Shown: positions 9,269-17,790, numbered from the stretch's first letter. The stretch is DNA of 64,000 nucleotides from Patescibacteria group bacterium (GCA_038064735.1 JBBTSI010000011.1:1768-65767), one strand, 5' to 3'. Notes: a model not told the origin generated them from the letters alone. Made by a program: numbers and translations.

Positions 9269-9298
9269 TTGACTTTTAATATCGGTTGGGAATATAAT
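9269..9298 (+). promoter_or_regulatory. sigma70 promoter driving a small RNA
   Basis: TTGACT-N18-TATAAT. Confidence 0.6.
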
Positions 9299-9303
9299 GT
9301 TGG

Positions 9304-9420
9304 CTTCTATTGGGAGTAGGCCAAAAACCGAACAACGAGGCGTGAGAGCACGCCTACAATGAGTTTTCAACTCAAGAGACCCAATAGCGGCAGTCGGAAT
9401 TAACCCCGACTGTTTTCTTT
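9304..9420 (+). ncRNA. putative ~115-nt multi-stem small RNA ending in a terminator
   Basis: CTATTGGG/CCCAATAG closing stem, AGGCGTG-AGAG-CACGCCT and TGAGTT-TTC-AACTCA hairpins, terminator CAGTCGG/CCGACTG plus U-tract. Confidence 0.5.
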
Positions 9421-9506
9421 TTATAAATTTTGTTTTAAACTGATTTTATGGAAAAAAGTGAATTTAAAGAAATAACTAAAAAATGGTTTGCCTATTTAAA
9501 ATAAAA

Positions 9507-9968
9507 ATGCACAGATTAGATAATGAAAAACAAATACTTTTTTATGAAAACGAATTTTATGTATTTTCTAATTACTCATCTTTCGCTTTAGAATGGAAAG
9601 ACAAACTTTATCCGACTTCGGAACACGCTTATCATTCTGAAAAATTTGAAGATGAAAATCTGAAAGAACAAATCAGAAATGCTCGTTCTGCTCATGATTC
9701 CCAAAAATTTTCAGAAGCGAATAAAGATAAATACAGGGAAGACTGGGGTGATGTCAGGGTGCAAATAATGAAAGAAATATTGCGGGCAAAAGTAGAACAG
9801 CACCCTTATGTCAAAAAGAAACTTTTGGAATCTGATGGCAAAGAACTTATTGAAGATTCTTGGCGGGATAATTTTTGGGGCTGGGGGCCAAATAAAGATG
9901 GGCAGAACCAACTTGGTAAACTTTGGATGGAAATCAGAGAGGAATTTATTAATGCTGATTTAAAATAA
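9507..9968 (+). CDS. NADAR (YbiA-like) family protein
   Basis: FSNY...YPTSEHAYH..KF, DW..VR..IM, LIEDS..DNFWG, GQNQLGKLWMEIR. Confidence 0.9.
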   Translation: MHRLDNEKQILFYENEFYVFSNYSSFALEWKDKLYPTSEHAYHSEKFEDENLKEQIRNARSAHDSQKFSEANKDKYREDWGDVRVQIMKEILRAKVEQHPYVKKKLLESDGKELIEDSWRDNFWGWGPNKDGQNQLGKLWMEIREEFINADLK

Positions 9969-10084
9969 TTTCAGTTTGGCGAATAAATAACACGCTATTG
10001 CAATTTTGGGGCGGATGATATTAAATAGATTGAAGAAGAATTTCGTCTATCTGATGTTCAACTTCAAAAACGCGGGAGGTTGGC

Positions 10085-10258
10085 TTGAGCAAAGGTAATG
10101 GGAAATCGAATAGGAAATCGGCTTGGAAAAATCGGCAAAAGCGAAACAAGAGGATGGTCAGAGACCAAATCCGTGCGGGCAATTCAGGGCAAATGCATAC
10201 AAATTATGTGTGCGGGCCAGGGACCGGCAACACACCTGGGAGAAAAGTTGATTGTTAA
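10085..10258 (+). CDS. unannotated small basic protein (57 aa)
   Basis: GGGAGGT SD 4 nt before TTG; MSKGNGKSNRKSAWKNRQKRNKRMVRDQIRAGNSGQMHTNYVCGPGTGNTPGRKVDC; strong terminator follows. Confidence 0.5.
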   Translation: MSKGNGKSNRKSAWKNRQKRNKRMVRDQIRAGNSGQMHTNYVCGPGTGNTPGRKVDC

Positions 10259-10280
10259 GTCCTTCATGAGATAGACGAGT

Positions 10281-10318
10281 CCGTTCGGCACCCCCTGGTG
10301 CCGAACGGCTTTCTTTTT
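10281..10318 (+). terminator. intrinsic terminator
   Basis: Perfect 12-bp stem CCGTTCGGCACC/GGTGCCGAACGG plus U-tract. Confidence 0.85.
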
Positions 10319-10389
10319 ACCTAAATTCATTTTAAACTGATTCTAATATTAACTCGAACAATCAACCTAAAATTTAATATAATAAAAAT

Positions 10390-10692
10390 ATGACTAAAAA
10401 TCCATATATTAACGCACTGGTCGCTGGTGTTTACATTATTTTTGTCGTACTTCTTATCACCTACGGCCCAACATACGTTAGAGATAAGCCAGACACCATC
10501 CTAGCTCCAATGGCAGTGCTTAGCTTGCTGGTTCTCTCGGTCGCCTTCATGGGCTACACTTTCGTTTTTCGACCGGCACTTATGTATATAGATGGGCAAA
10601 AACGCGAAGCTATAACACTCTTCACAAAGACCATTCTTACATTTGCTATTATAACCGGCATTATTGTCCTCATTACCTTTTTCCCCAAATAA
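10390..10692 (+). CDS. hypothetical membrane protein (3 TM)
   Basis: Hydrophobic ORF with TATAAT just upstream. Confidence 0.7.
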   Translation: MTKNPYINALVAGVYIIFVVLLITYGPTYVRDKPDTILAPMAVLSLLVLSVAFMGYTFVFRPALMYIDGQKREAITLFTKTILTFAIITGIIVLITFFPK

Positions 10693-10697
10693 AAAAT

Positions 10698-10931
10698 TTA
10701 TGCAGGATTGGTGTTTCTAGGAAGCCAATCCATAACTTTTTTCCTGTGATTATCGAGCGACCAAGTATCGCCTTTTTTAAACAAGGCTTCATGTTCTTTT
10801 TTAAACATTAAAAGTTGCGCCTCGGATACTTGAGGAAAATTGGCAGGCATATTTTGATTGAATGATTTAAGAAAATCAAGAAGGGAAAGCTGTATTTCAT
10901 TCAGTTTGAGTTCTTGTGAGTTACTCTTCAT
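10698..10931 (-). CDS. hypothetical protein
   Basis: 77-aa ORF fitting the gap, extended -10 TGATATTGT upstream, protein-like composition. Confidence 0.6.
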   Translation of the reverse strand: MKSNSQELKLNEIQLSLLDFLKSFNQNMPANFPQVSEAQLLMFKKEHEALFKKGDTWSLDNHRKKVMDWLPRNTNPA

Positions 10932-11020
10932 AACTTAAACAATATCATTATTTTATAAAATAATCAAGGTATTTATCAGACATCCAACCACTTCAAACTT
11001 TTTGATATACTAATACCAAC

Positions 11021-11917
11021 ATGTTGCAAATTCCCAATCTTCAACAAAATATAAAAATCGCCCCTTATACGACATATGAAATCGGCGGTCCAGCCGATTA
11101 TTTCGTGGTAGTAAAAAATAAAGATGAACTTATAAATGCCGTAACTCAAGCGAGAGAAAATAAAATCCCATATTTTATTTTAGGCATTGGAGCCAATATT
11201 CTTTTTGGAGACAAAGGATTTCGGGGTTTAGTTGTCAAAAATGAAGCCAACAAAATTTCTATTTTCGATAATTTAATAACAGCCGAAAGTGGCGCAACGA
11301 TTTCCGACCTTATTGAAATAACTACCGAACAAAATCTCTCTGGTTTTGAACATTTCGCCGGTATCCCCAGCACAGTCGGCGGCGCTCTTTGGCAGAATTT
11401 GCATTTTCTCTCGCCAGACCGAACAGAAACAGTGTATATTGATTCAATATTAGCATCAGCGGAAATTTTAGATGAATCAAACAATTTGCAAAAAGTGGCA
11501 AAAGATTTTTTTGAATTCGGATACGACACCAGTATTTTGCATAAAAAAGATTTGATAGTGACTGAAGCGACTTTTAAATTGGAATTCAAAGAAAAAACCA
11601 CTATTCAAAAACAAATAGCAGAAAATCTGAAGTGGCGAGCTGATAGACAGCCCGCTTTGGAAAAATTTCCATCATGTGGTTCGGTTTTTAAAAAAATAAA
11701 AAGTGTAGGGGCCGGAAGATTGATTGATCAAGCTGGACTTAAAGGGTACCGAGTAGGTGATGCCCAAGTGTCAGAAAAGCATGCCAACTTCATCATAAAC
11801 ACTGGTAATGCGACTGCGAAAGATGTGAGGGATTTAATTAAACTTATCCAAGAAAAAGTACTAAAAGAGACTGGCCATAAACTAGAGACAGAGATAAGTT
11901 TTGTGGGAGAATTTTAA
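11021..11917 (+). CDS. murB: UDP-N-acetylenolpyruvoylglucosamine reductase
   Basis: IGGPADY, LGIGANIL, GIPSTVGGA, PSCGSVFK, AGRLIDQAGLKG, SEKHANF, LETEI. Confidence 0.95.
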   Translation: MLQIPNLQQNIKIAPYTTYEIGGPADYFVVVKNKDELINAVTQARENKIPYFILGIGANILFGDKGFRGLVVKNEANKISIFDNLITAESGATISDLIEITTEQNLSGFEHFAGIPSTVGGALWQNLHFLSPDRTETVYIDSILASAEILDESNNLQKVAKDFFEFGYDTSILHKKDLIVTEATFKLEFKEKTTIQKQIAENLKWRADRQPALEKFPSCGSVFKKIKSVGAGRLIDQAGLKGYRVGDAQVSEKHANFIINTGNATAKDVRDLIKLIQEKVLKETGHKLETEISFVGEF

Positions 11918-11922
11918 TTTTT

Positions 11923-12183
11923 ATGCCATATTTCGTTTACATCTTGAAATGCTCTGACCAAACTCTTTATACCGGTTACACCAACAATTTAGAAAAAAGA
12001 TTGGAACATCACAACAATTCCAAACAAGGTGCCCATTATACGAAAATCCGCAGGCCGGTGAAGTTGTTGTATTCAGAAACTTTCCCCACTCTCAAAGAAG
12101 CCCTCCGCAGAGAATACGCCATCAAAAAATTGACAAGAGAAGAAAAGTTGAATTTGATTAAAAATAATTATAGACTGACTTAG
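11923..12183 (+). CDS. small GIY-YIG nuclease (YhbQ/UPF0213-like)
   Basis: YFVYILKC.D.TLYTGYT.NL.KRL..HN...GA.YT..RRPV...EAL.RE..IK. Confidence 0.9.
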   Translation: MPYFVYILKCSDQTLYTGYTNNLEKRLEHHNNSKQGAHYTKIRRPVKLLYSETFPTLKEALRREYAIKKLTREEKLNLIKNNYRLT

Positions 12184-12193
12184 GAGGAAAATT

Positions 12194-12793
12194 ATGGAAA
12201 TCATTCTATCAACAAGAAACAGAAGTAAAATAGACCAGATTAAAGCGTTATTGAACGGACTTGATATTCAAGTATTGTCTCTTGATGAAGCAGGAATCGA
12301 AGGGGAAGCCGTAGAAGATGGTGCAACCTTGGAAGAAAATGCTTTCAAAAAAGCTTCATTCGCGAGCAAACAAACTGGCAAATGGGCTATAGCTGATGAT
12401 ACTGGTTTGTTTATTGATGCTCTTGATGGAAAACCTGGAATTCACGCGGCGAGGTGGGCAGGAGACGATCTCACTACAGGGCAAATAAGAGATTTCACTC
12501 TTGCACAACTCAAAGATGTGAAGGAAGAAAATCGCACAGCGACCTTTACAACAGTTGCTGTGATTGTTGCACCAACAGGAGAAAAAACTGTTTTTAGCGG
12601 ATCAGTAAAAGGAAAAATCCTTTCTGCTCCTAGAGCAGAATGCCAACCCAACATGCCCTACAGCGCTTTGTTTATTCCAGATGGACAAAGTAAAGTTTGG
12701 GCTGAAATGGATGTTAATGAGGAAAATCGAATCAGCCATCGTGGACAAGCATTCAGACAAGTTCGTGATTTTTTCCAATCAGTACTTTCGTAA
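12194..12793 (+). CDS. rdgB: non-canonical purine NTP pyrophosphatase (RdgB/HAM1)
   Basis: STRN..K, EDG.T.EENA..KA, ADDTGL.IDAL.G.PG, ISHRG; SD AGGAGG. Confidence 0.9.
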   Translation: MEIILSTRNRSKIDQIKALLNGLDIQVLSLDEAGIEGEAVEDGATLEENAFKKASFASKQTGKWAIADDTGLFIDALDGKPGIHAARWAGDDLTTGQIRDFTLAQLKDVKEENRTATFTTVAVIVAPTGEKTVFSGSVKGKILSAPRAECQPNMPYSALFIPDGQSKVWAEMDVNEENRISHRGQAFRQVRDFFQSVLS

Positions 12794-12829
12794 AAAATCA
12801 GGATGTGTTATACAACGCATCCTGATTTT
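12794..12829. terminator. intrinsic terminator
   Basis: AAAATCAGGATGTGTT-ATAC-AACGCATCCTGATTTT. Confidence 0.75.
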
Positions 12830-12859
12830 AATATAAATTAAAAAGAAAATAACAAAATT

Positions 12860-13273
12860 ATGAAAGTTGTCATAGCTGGAAGTGCAAGACTTCAAAACGA
12901 AATACAAAAATGGATTGAATATTGGAATAGTAAAGATGGTTATTCAGTCTCGAACTATCCTAGAGCGATACCACAAGACAATTTTGAAAAACTCTATTCT
13001 GATATTCATAAAGACTTTCTTAAAAATATAGTTGAAGCAGATGTGTTATTTATCGCCAATGAAAAGAAAAATGGAATCAATGGATATATTGGTGCTGAAA
13101 CTTTTGCTGAACTAGGATTTGGTTTAGCTCAAAATTTAATTAACGGAAAGAATATAAAACTTATACTTGCCAATATGCCGTCAGAGGAGGTAGCTTGTTA
13201 TGATGAAATAGTTTTGTGGCAAAAGTTGGGCTGGATATTTGTCTGGTTTTTAAATCCAAATATGGTAAAATAA
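12860..13273 (+). CDS. hypothetical protein, possibly nucleoside 2-deoxyribosyltransferase-like fold
   Basis: IAGS...ADVLFIAN...GYIG..TFAELGF pattern resembles NDT-like Rossmannoid proteins; not confirmed. Confidence 0.5.
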   Translation: MKVVIAGSARLQNEIQKWIEYWNSKDGYSVSNYPRAIPQDNFEKLYSDIHKDFLKNIVEADVLFIANEKKNGINGYIGAETFAELGFGLAQNLINGKNIKLILANMPSEEVACYDEIVLWQKLGWIFVWFLNPNMVK

Positions 13274-13279
13274 AGTATA

Positions 13280-13762
13280 ATGTCAATGGAATCATTTTCA
13301 GTTGCAAACACAAACGAAAGACCCGAGAATGAACTCGAGGCCGGGAAAAGCATTTCTCCAGAAGAAAAAAGTGTTGCCTGGTCGCAACAAGTTGATGAGA
13401 TTGTAAAAGCTGAAATAGAAAAGAAAAGACCAGAGATGATCCAACTCACAACCAAAGGATTAGGAGATCTATTTGAACTTTTACCAAAAGATCGGGAAAT
13501 AGCAAAAGAAGATATCGTAAGTTTGTTGGAACATACTGAGCTCAGAATTATGCTTCCCGGTATGCGTGATGAATTTGCTAAAGAAGCCATAAAAAGACAG
13601 ATTCATAATATCGCTGATAAAGCGCAATTTATTACTGAATCACTCGAGACCGACGCGATGAAGATGTTTATTCAAGCGGAAGCCCAAAAAGATTCAATTG
13701 ATGATTCTCTAAAAAGTATTAGAGAAGCAAGGGAAGGTACACGAGAGGAACAAACACAATAA
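13280..13762 (+). CDS. hypothetical acidic helical protein
   Basis: 160-aa ORF with a TAAAAT -10 motif immediately upstream. Confidence 0.65.
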   Translation: MSMESFSVANTNERPENELEAGKSISPEEKSVAWSQQVDEIVKAEIEKKRPEMIQLTTKGLGDLFELLPKDREIAKEDIVSLLEHTELRIMLPGMRDEFAKEAIKRQIHNIADKAQFITESLETDAMKMFIQAEAQKDSIDDSLKSIREAREGTREEQTQ

Positions 13763-13774
13763 AATAACACCGGG

Positions 13775-13817
13775 TGTCAAAGGGCATCTTTGACATTTTC
13801 TTCCAGTTATATATTCT
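13775..13817 (+). promoter_or_regulatory. inverted repeat overlapping a sigma70 -35 element
   Basis: TGTCAAAG-GGCAT-CTTTGACA; TTGACA-N16-TATTCT upstream of the exonuclease gene. Confidence 0.5.
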
Positions 13818-13867
13818 AATTTCAGAATATAACGAAAAGATCATTCAAAACTTCAAAAGGAGAGGCT

Positions 13868-14437
13868 ATGATTCCAAATAAACTAGTAGAAGTCTCAAAT
13901 AGATTAACAAATCTAAATGAACGACCATTGGCTTTCACCGACTTGGAAACCAGCGGGGATATTTTTTGTGAACATGAAATCCTAGAAATAGGTCTCGTGG
14001 TTGCCGATCAGGGAACCCTCGAGATCATTGACACACTAAGTATAAAAATAAAGCCGGAACACATAGAGAACGCTTTCCCAGCAGCCCTAGAAAGAAATGG
14101 CTTCAAAGCCGAAAATTGGCTTCATGCCGTATCCCTAAATAAAGGCCTACAAAAATACGCTGAGAAAACGAAGGGAGCGATTTTCGTCGCTTATAATGTT
14201 GCTTTTGATTGGGGTTTTATGAGTGAAGGATTCAGGAAAACTGGAGTCAAAAACATTTTGGATTATCACCGGCTTGACGTGCTGACTCTCGCTTGGCAAA
14301 GAGGTCTGAAAGATAATCCAAGCTGGAAAATGGAAGCTGCCTGCAAAATGTTTGGGGTATCTCCGGAATCAGGAGCCCACGGTGCTTTGAGTGGTGCAAT
14401 GACTTGTTTCAAATTGTACAAAAAGTTAGTTAGCTGA
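13868..14437 (+). CDS. DEDDh 3'-5' exonuclease (DnaQ/oligoribonuclease-like)
   Basis: FTDLETSG, EILEIG, AYNVAFD, AHGALS (final Asp replaced by Gly); SD AGGAGAGG. Confidence 0.85.
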   Translation: MIPNKLVEVSNRLTNLNERPLAFTDLETSGDIFCEHEILEIGLVVADQGTLEIIDTLSIKIKPEHIENAFPAALERNGFKAENWLHAVSLNKGLQKYAEKTKGAIFVAYNVAFDWGFMSEGFRKTGVKNILDYHRLDVLTLAWQRGLKDNPSWKMEAACKMFGVSPESGAHGALSGAMTCFKLYKKLVS

Positions 14438-14438
14438 A

Positions 14439-14472
14439 AAACGGCTCAACGAGTAATCCCGTTGAGCCGTTT
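14439..14472. terminator. hairpin terminator / dispersed repeat copy 1
   Basis: AAACGGCTCAACG-N8-CGTTGAGCCGTTT; same arms at 46102. Confidence 0.75.
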
Positions 14473-14490
14473 TATTATATATAACTTTTA

Positions 14491-14517
14491 AAAAAGCCGC
14501 GGTATGAGCGCGGCTTT
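14491..14517 (-). terminator. intrinsic terminator of the histidine phosphatase gene
   Basis: AAAGCCGCG-N7-CGCGGCTTT with an A-run on the plus strand. Confidence 0.7.
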
Positions 14518-14546
14518 AATGAGTTGTAGCATTTAGGAATTGCTAT

Positions 14547-15116
14547 CTACTCGAGAATCCTAAACTCGCAATTTGAAAAAGATGTGAAATCAAATATGTG
14601 TTCATGACTCAAACCTTTGTGAACAGTCTCTAGAGCCCTGCTTATTGCTCCGTGAGATATAACAAGAACATCTTTTTGAATCTCGAGTTCCAGAATCTTG
14701 TTTTTTATCTCCCACAAAACCACATCAGCTCTCAAACATAGATCTTGATAATTTTCTCCTCCTTCCACTTCCAAAACGTAGGTAAAACCCCACATCTCTT
14801 TGTAAGATTTGGCCAATAGAGGAATATCAGAGTATGGATGACCTTCCAAAATACCATGACTTCTCTCTATCAAGCATTCCAATACGGTATGAGGAATTTT
14901 CAACACTTGAGAACAAATCTCTGCAGTTCTAGCAGCTCGCTGGTATGGAGAAGAGAATATGTGTCCAATATCCAGCTTCACTATTTTAAGTTCATCAGCT
15001 AATTCATAAGCTTGAGCCACTCCTATAGCTGTGAGTGGGGAATTTCGTCTCCCATTCAATATACCATTGGCATTATCTTCATCTTGTCCATGCCGAGCCA
15101 GAATGATTTTACCCAT
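14547..15116 (-). CDS. histidine phosphatase (phosphoglycerate mutase-like)
   Basis: LARHG, FSSP..RA..TA, LVISHG; SD AAGGAG; promoter TTGCAT-N17-TAGTAT at 15168-15140. Confidence 0.9.
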   Translation of the reverse strand: MGKIILARHGQDEDNANGILNGRRNSPLTAIGVAQAYELADELKIVKLDIGHIFSSPYQRAARTAEICSQVLKIPHTVLECLIERSHGILEGHPYSDIPLLAKSYKEMWGFTYVLEVEGGENYQDLCLRADVVLWEIKNKILELEIQKDVLVISHGAISRALETVHKGLSHEHIFDFTSFSNCEFRILE

Positions 15117-15241
15117 TTTAAGAGCTCCTTTCTGGGCTGATACTACACAATACTATATGCATATGCAACACGCACCGACGCTCCTTTCTTTTTATAAAAA
15201 TAATAGCTAGACTTAATCTGATTTAATTAAATAATAAAAAT

Positions 15242-16240
15242 ATGAATTACAAAGATAGAGTATATGGAAATGTAGAAATCACAGAACCAGTTATTCTGGA
15301 TATTATAAATTCCACACCTCTCCAGAGATTGAAAGAAATAGACCAAGCCGGGTTTCGTCCTCTTTGGGTAAAACCAGATGTAGAAACTGGAGAATGCGAC
15401 CATAGTCGTTTTGCTCATTCTATCGGGGTATATCTGTTGCTTCGCAAATATAGCACTTCACTTGAAGAACAAATTGCCGGATTAATTCACGATGTTTCTC
15501 ATTCAGCGTTTTCTCACTGCATAGACTATGTTTTGGAAGCTGGCTCAGAAAAAGAACACAATCATCAAGACAATATGTTTGATGAATTTGTCAGAAAATC
15601 AGAAATACCAAAAATTCTTAACAAATATAATTTAGATTTAGAATTTATTCTTAATGACGGAAATTTCCCGCTCAAGGAAAAAAATTTGCCAGATTTGTGT
15701 GCGGATAGGATTGATTATTCATTTAGAACTGCAGTTATTTTTGAGGAAATAACAACGGAAGAGGCTCAAAATCTTCTTGGCAATCTTACAGCAGAAAACG
15801 GTGAGTGGATTTTTAAAGATTTTAAAAGTGCTAAAAAATATGCAGAATTATTTTTGAAACTTAACACAGATTATTATGCAGGATTAACCTCTGCTGTTAT
15901 GTTTTGTGCCGTTGGAGATTGTCTGCGTTATGCTCTTTCAAAAGGTTATATATCCGAAGATGATTTATACACCACGGATAAAATAGTTATCGAAAAGATA
16001 AAACCCTATATAGTTGAAGATTCAAAATTAGGATTGCTTTGGGAAAAAATGAACAACAAAGTTGGCTCAAAAAATAACCCGGATGATTATGATAGGAAAG
16101 TATTTTGCAAATCACGGGTAGTTGACCCCCTTTGTTTTGATAATGGAAAAGTGAAAAGGGTTTCGGAAATAGAACAAGGTTGGGCTGATGTAATAAAAAA
16201 AGAATCAAAACCAAAAGAGTATTTTGTAAAATTTAAATAA
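15242..16240 (+). CDS. HD-domain phosphohydrolase (dNTPase/SAMHD1-like superfamily)
   Basis: LQRLK.I.Q, HSRFAHSIGV, LIHDVSH.AFSH, ADRIDY. Confidence 0.9.
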   Translation: MNYKDRVYGNVEITEPVILDIINSTPLQRLKEIDQAGFRPLWVKPDVETGECDHSRFAHSIGVYLLLRKYSTSLEEQIAGLIHDVSHSAFSHCIDYVLEAGSEKEHNHQDNMFDEFVRKSEIPKILNKYNLDLEFILNDGNFPLKEKNLPDLCADRIDYSFRTAVIFEEITTEEAQNLLGNLTAENGEWIFKDFKSAKKYAELFLKLNTDYYAGLTSAVMFCAVGDCLRYALSKGYISEDDLYTTDKIVIEKIKPYIVEDSKLGLLWEKMNNKVGSKNNPDDYDRKVFCKSRVVDPLCFDNGKVKRVSEIEQGWADVIKKESKPKEYFVKFK

Positions 16241-16419
16241 ATACGGAAGGCTCAGAAAATTCACAACCCGTTCAGCAAGTTCCCGACTCTGCTCAGAACG
16301 GGCCAACCGAAATTCAAAATGATAAAATAAGAAAACAAATTAATATCAACCTCTTGAATTTTATATAATAAATGTTATTATTTTAATAGTAATGTTCCTT
16401 TTCCTATGGAGGTAGACTG

Positions 16420-16800
16420 ATGTCCGGAACCAAACTTGGACCCAAAAGATGCGTGTTTTGCAAAATACGAGATAAAAAACTTCCAGCAAATATTGTTTTC
16501 GAGAATGATGAATTTTTAGCATTCACGCCGATTGAACAGGTTTCAAAAGGACATACTCTTTTGATACCAAAAAAACATCGGGAGGGTTTGCTCGATGTAG
16601 ATGATAATTCTTTTGAAAGACTTTTTGGGGTTGCTCAAAAACTTTCCAGAGAACTCATCGATAAATATGAAGCCACAGGTATAAATCTGCTTTGTGCGAG
16701 CGGAAAAGACGCTCAACAATCAGTCATGCATTTCCATTTGCATATCGTCCCGAGATATCCAAATGATGGGTTGGGTCTTTGGTTCAAAAACAAACTTTGA
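16420..16800 (+). CDS. HIT family nucleotide hydrolase
   Basis: CVFCKI, GHTLLIPKKH, HFHLHIVPR; SD GGAGGT. Confidence 0.92.
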   Translation: MSGTKLGPKRCVFCKIRDKKLPANIVFENDEFLAFTPIEQVSKGHTLLIPKKHREGLLDVDDNSFERLFGVAQKLSRELIDKYEATGINLLCASGKDAQQSVMHFHLHIVPRYPNDGLGLWFKNKL

Positions 16801-16809
16801 TTGACTCAG

Positions 16810-16848
16810 GAGCGCCGCGTTGCAATACGCACCGGCGCTCTTTTTTTT
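16810..16848 (+). terminator. intrinsic terminator
   Basis: GAGCGCCG...CGGCGCTC followed by T8. Confidence 0.8.
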
Positions 16849-16893
16849 AGCTATTATGCTATAATTGGCGATTATTATATAACTCCTAATTAT

Positions 16894-17790
16894 ATGAAAA
16901 AAACTATAGTCGCGGTCATTGTGGTAATAGCAATTGTCGGTGCCTATTTTTTGGTTAATAATTTATTAAGTAAAAATACTGTAACAACAAGTTTAACTCC
17001 ATCAACCAACGACCAAAATACAACAGCAACCACTACCGAAACTCAAAATCCAGCCCAGTCAGTCATCGGCAAATCCGTTGAAAACCGAGATATAATCGCT
17101 TACAACTATGGTACCGGTGAAAAGAAAATTTTGTTCGTTGGTGGCATCCATGGCGGTTATGAATGGAACACATCAAAAGTTGCTTATGAACTAATAAATT
17201 ATTTGGAAGCAAATCCATCTTTTGTTCCCAATAATATCAAGGTAACAGTTATCCCCGTTTTAAATCCTGACGGTCTTTATAAAATTGTCGGCACCACTAC
17301 TGGAAATTTCACTTCAGCAAACGTCTCATCCAATACAGTACCCGGCCGCTTTAACGCAAACAATGTCGACCTTAACCGCAACTTTGATTGCGATTGGCAA
17401 ACTAATGCTACTTGGCAAAATAAAACTGTCAGTGGAGGAGACTCGGTCTTTTCCGAACCGGAAAGTTTAGCTATAAAAAATTATATAGAAACAAACAAAC
17501 CAAGTGCAGTCGTCGTCTGGTATAGTTCAGCTGGTGGGGTTTACTCTTCAAGTTGTCACAACGGTGTCTCTCCGGAAACCAACACTCTTACCAAAACTTA
17601 TGCGAGTGCTTCTGGTTATCCTGCCTATCAAAGTTTTGATTTCTACGCCACAACAGGCGACATGGTAAACTGGCTAGCCAAAATCAATATCCCAGCGGTG
17701 AGTGTACTTTTGACTAATCATACCGATACTGAATGGACTAAAAACCAAAAAGGCGTCGAGGCCCTGATTAACTATTATTTCAACAAATAA
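16894..17790 (+). CDS. membrane-anchored M14 zinc carboxypeptidase (MpaA-like)
   Basis: GGIHGGYE, NPDG, GRFNA..VDLNRNF, FSEPE. Start moved to MKKTIV. Reads WYS where the paralog has FHS. Confidence 0.85.
   Translation: MKKTIVAVIVVIAIVGAYFLVNNLLSKNTVTTSLTPSTNDQNTTATTTETQNPAQSVIGKSVENRDIIAYNYGTGEKKILFVGGIHGGYEWNTSKVAYELINYLEANPSFVPNNIKVTVIPVLNPDGLYKIVGTTTGNFTSANVSSNTVPGRFNANNVDLNRNFDCDWQTNATWQNKTVSGGDSVFSEPESLAIKNYIETNKPSAVVVWYSSAGGVYSSSCHNGVSPETNTLTKTYASASGYPAYQSFDFYATTGDMVNWLAKINIPAVSVLLTNHTDTEWTKNQKGVEALINYYFNK

Noticed and set aside
9297-9362. 21-codon ORF in the small RNA
   Set aside because: Its ATG overlaps the -10 box and would not be transcribed.
9448-9504. 18-codon ORF MEKSEFKEITKKWFAYLK before NADAR
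   Set aside because: Possibly a truncated gene remnant, but too short to assign.
10098-10274. Alternative 58-aa ATG ORF (MGNRIGNRLGK...)
   Set aside because: The SD at 10074-10080 is 17 nt away from this ATG but well placed for TTG 10085, so the other frame is preferred.
9240-16850. Integron cassette array
   Set aside because: No integrase in the window, mixed gene orientation, and no clear RYYYAAC...GTTRRRY attC boxes.
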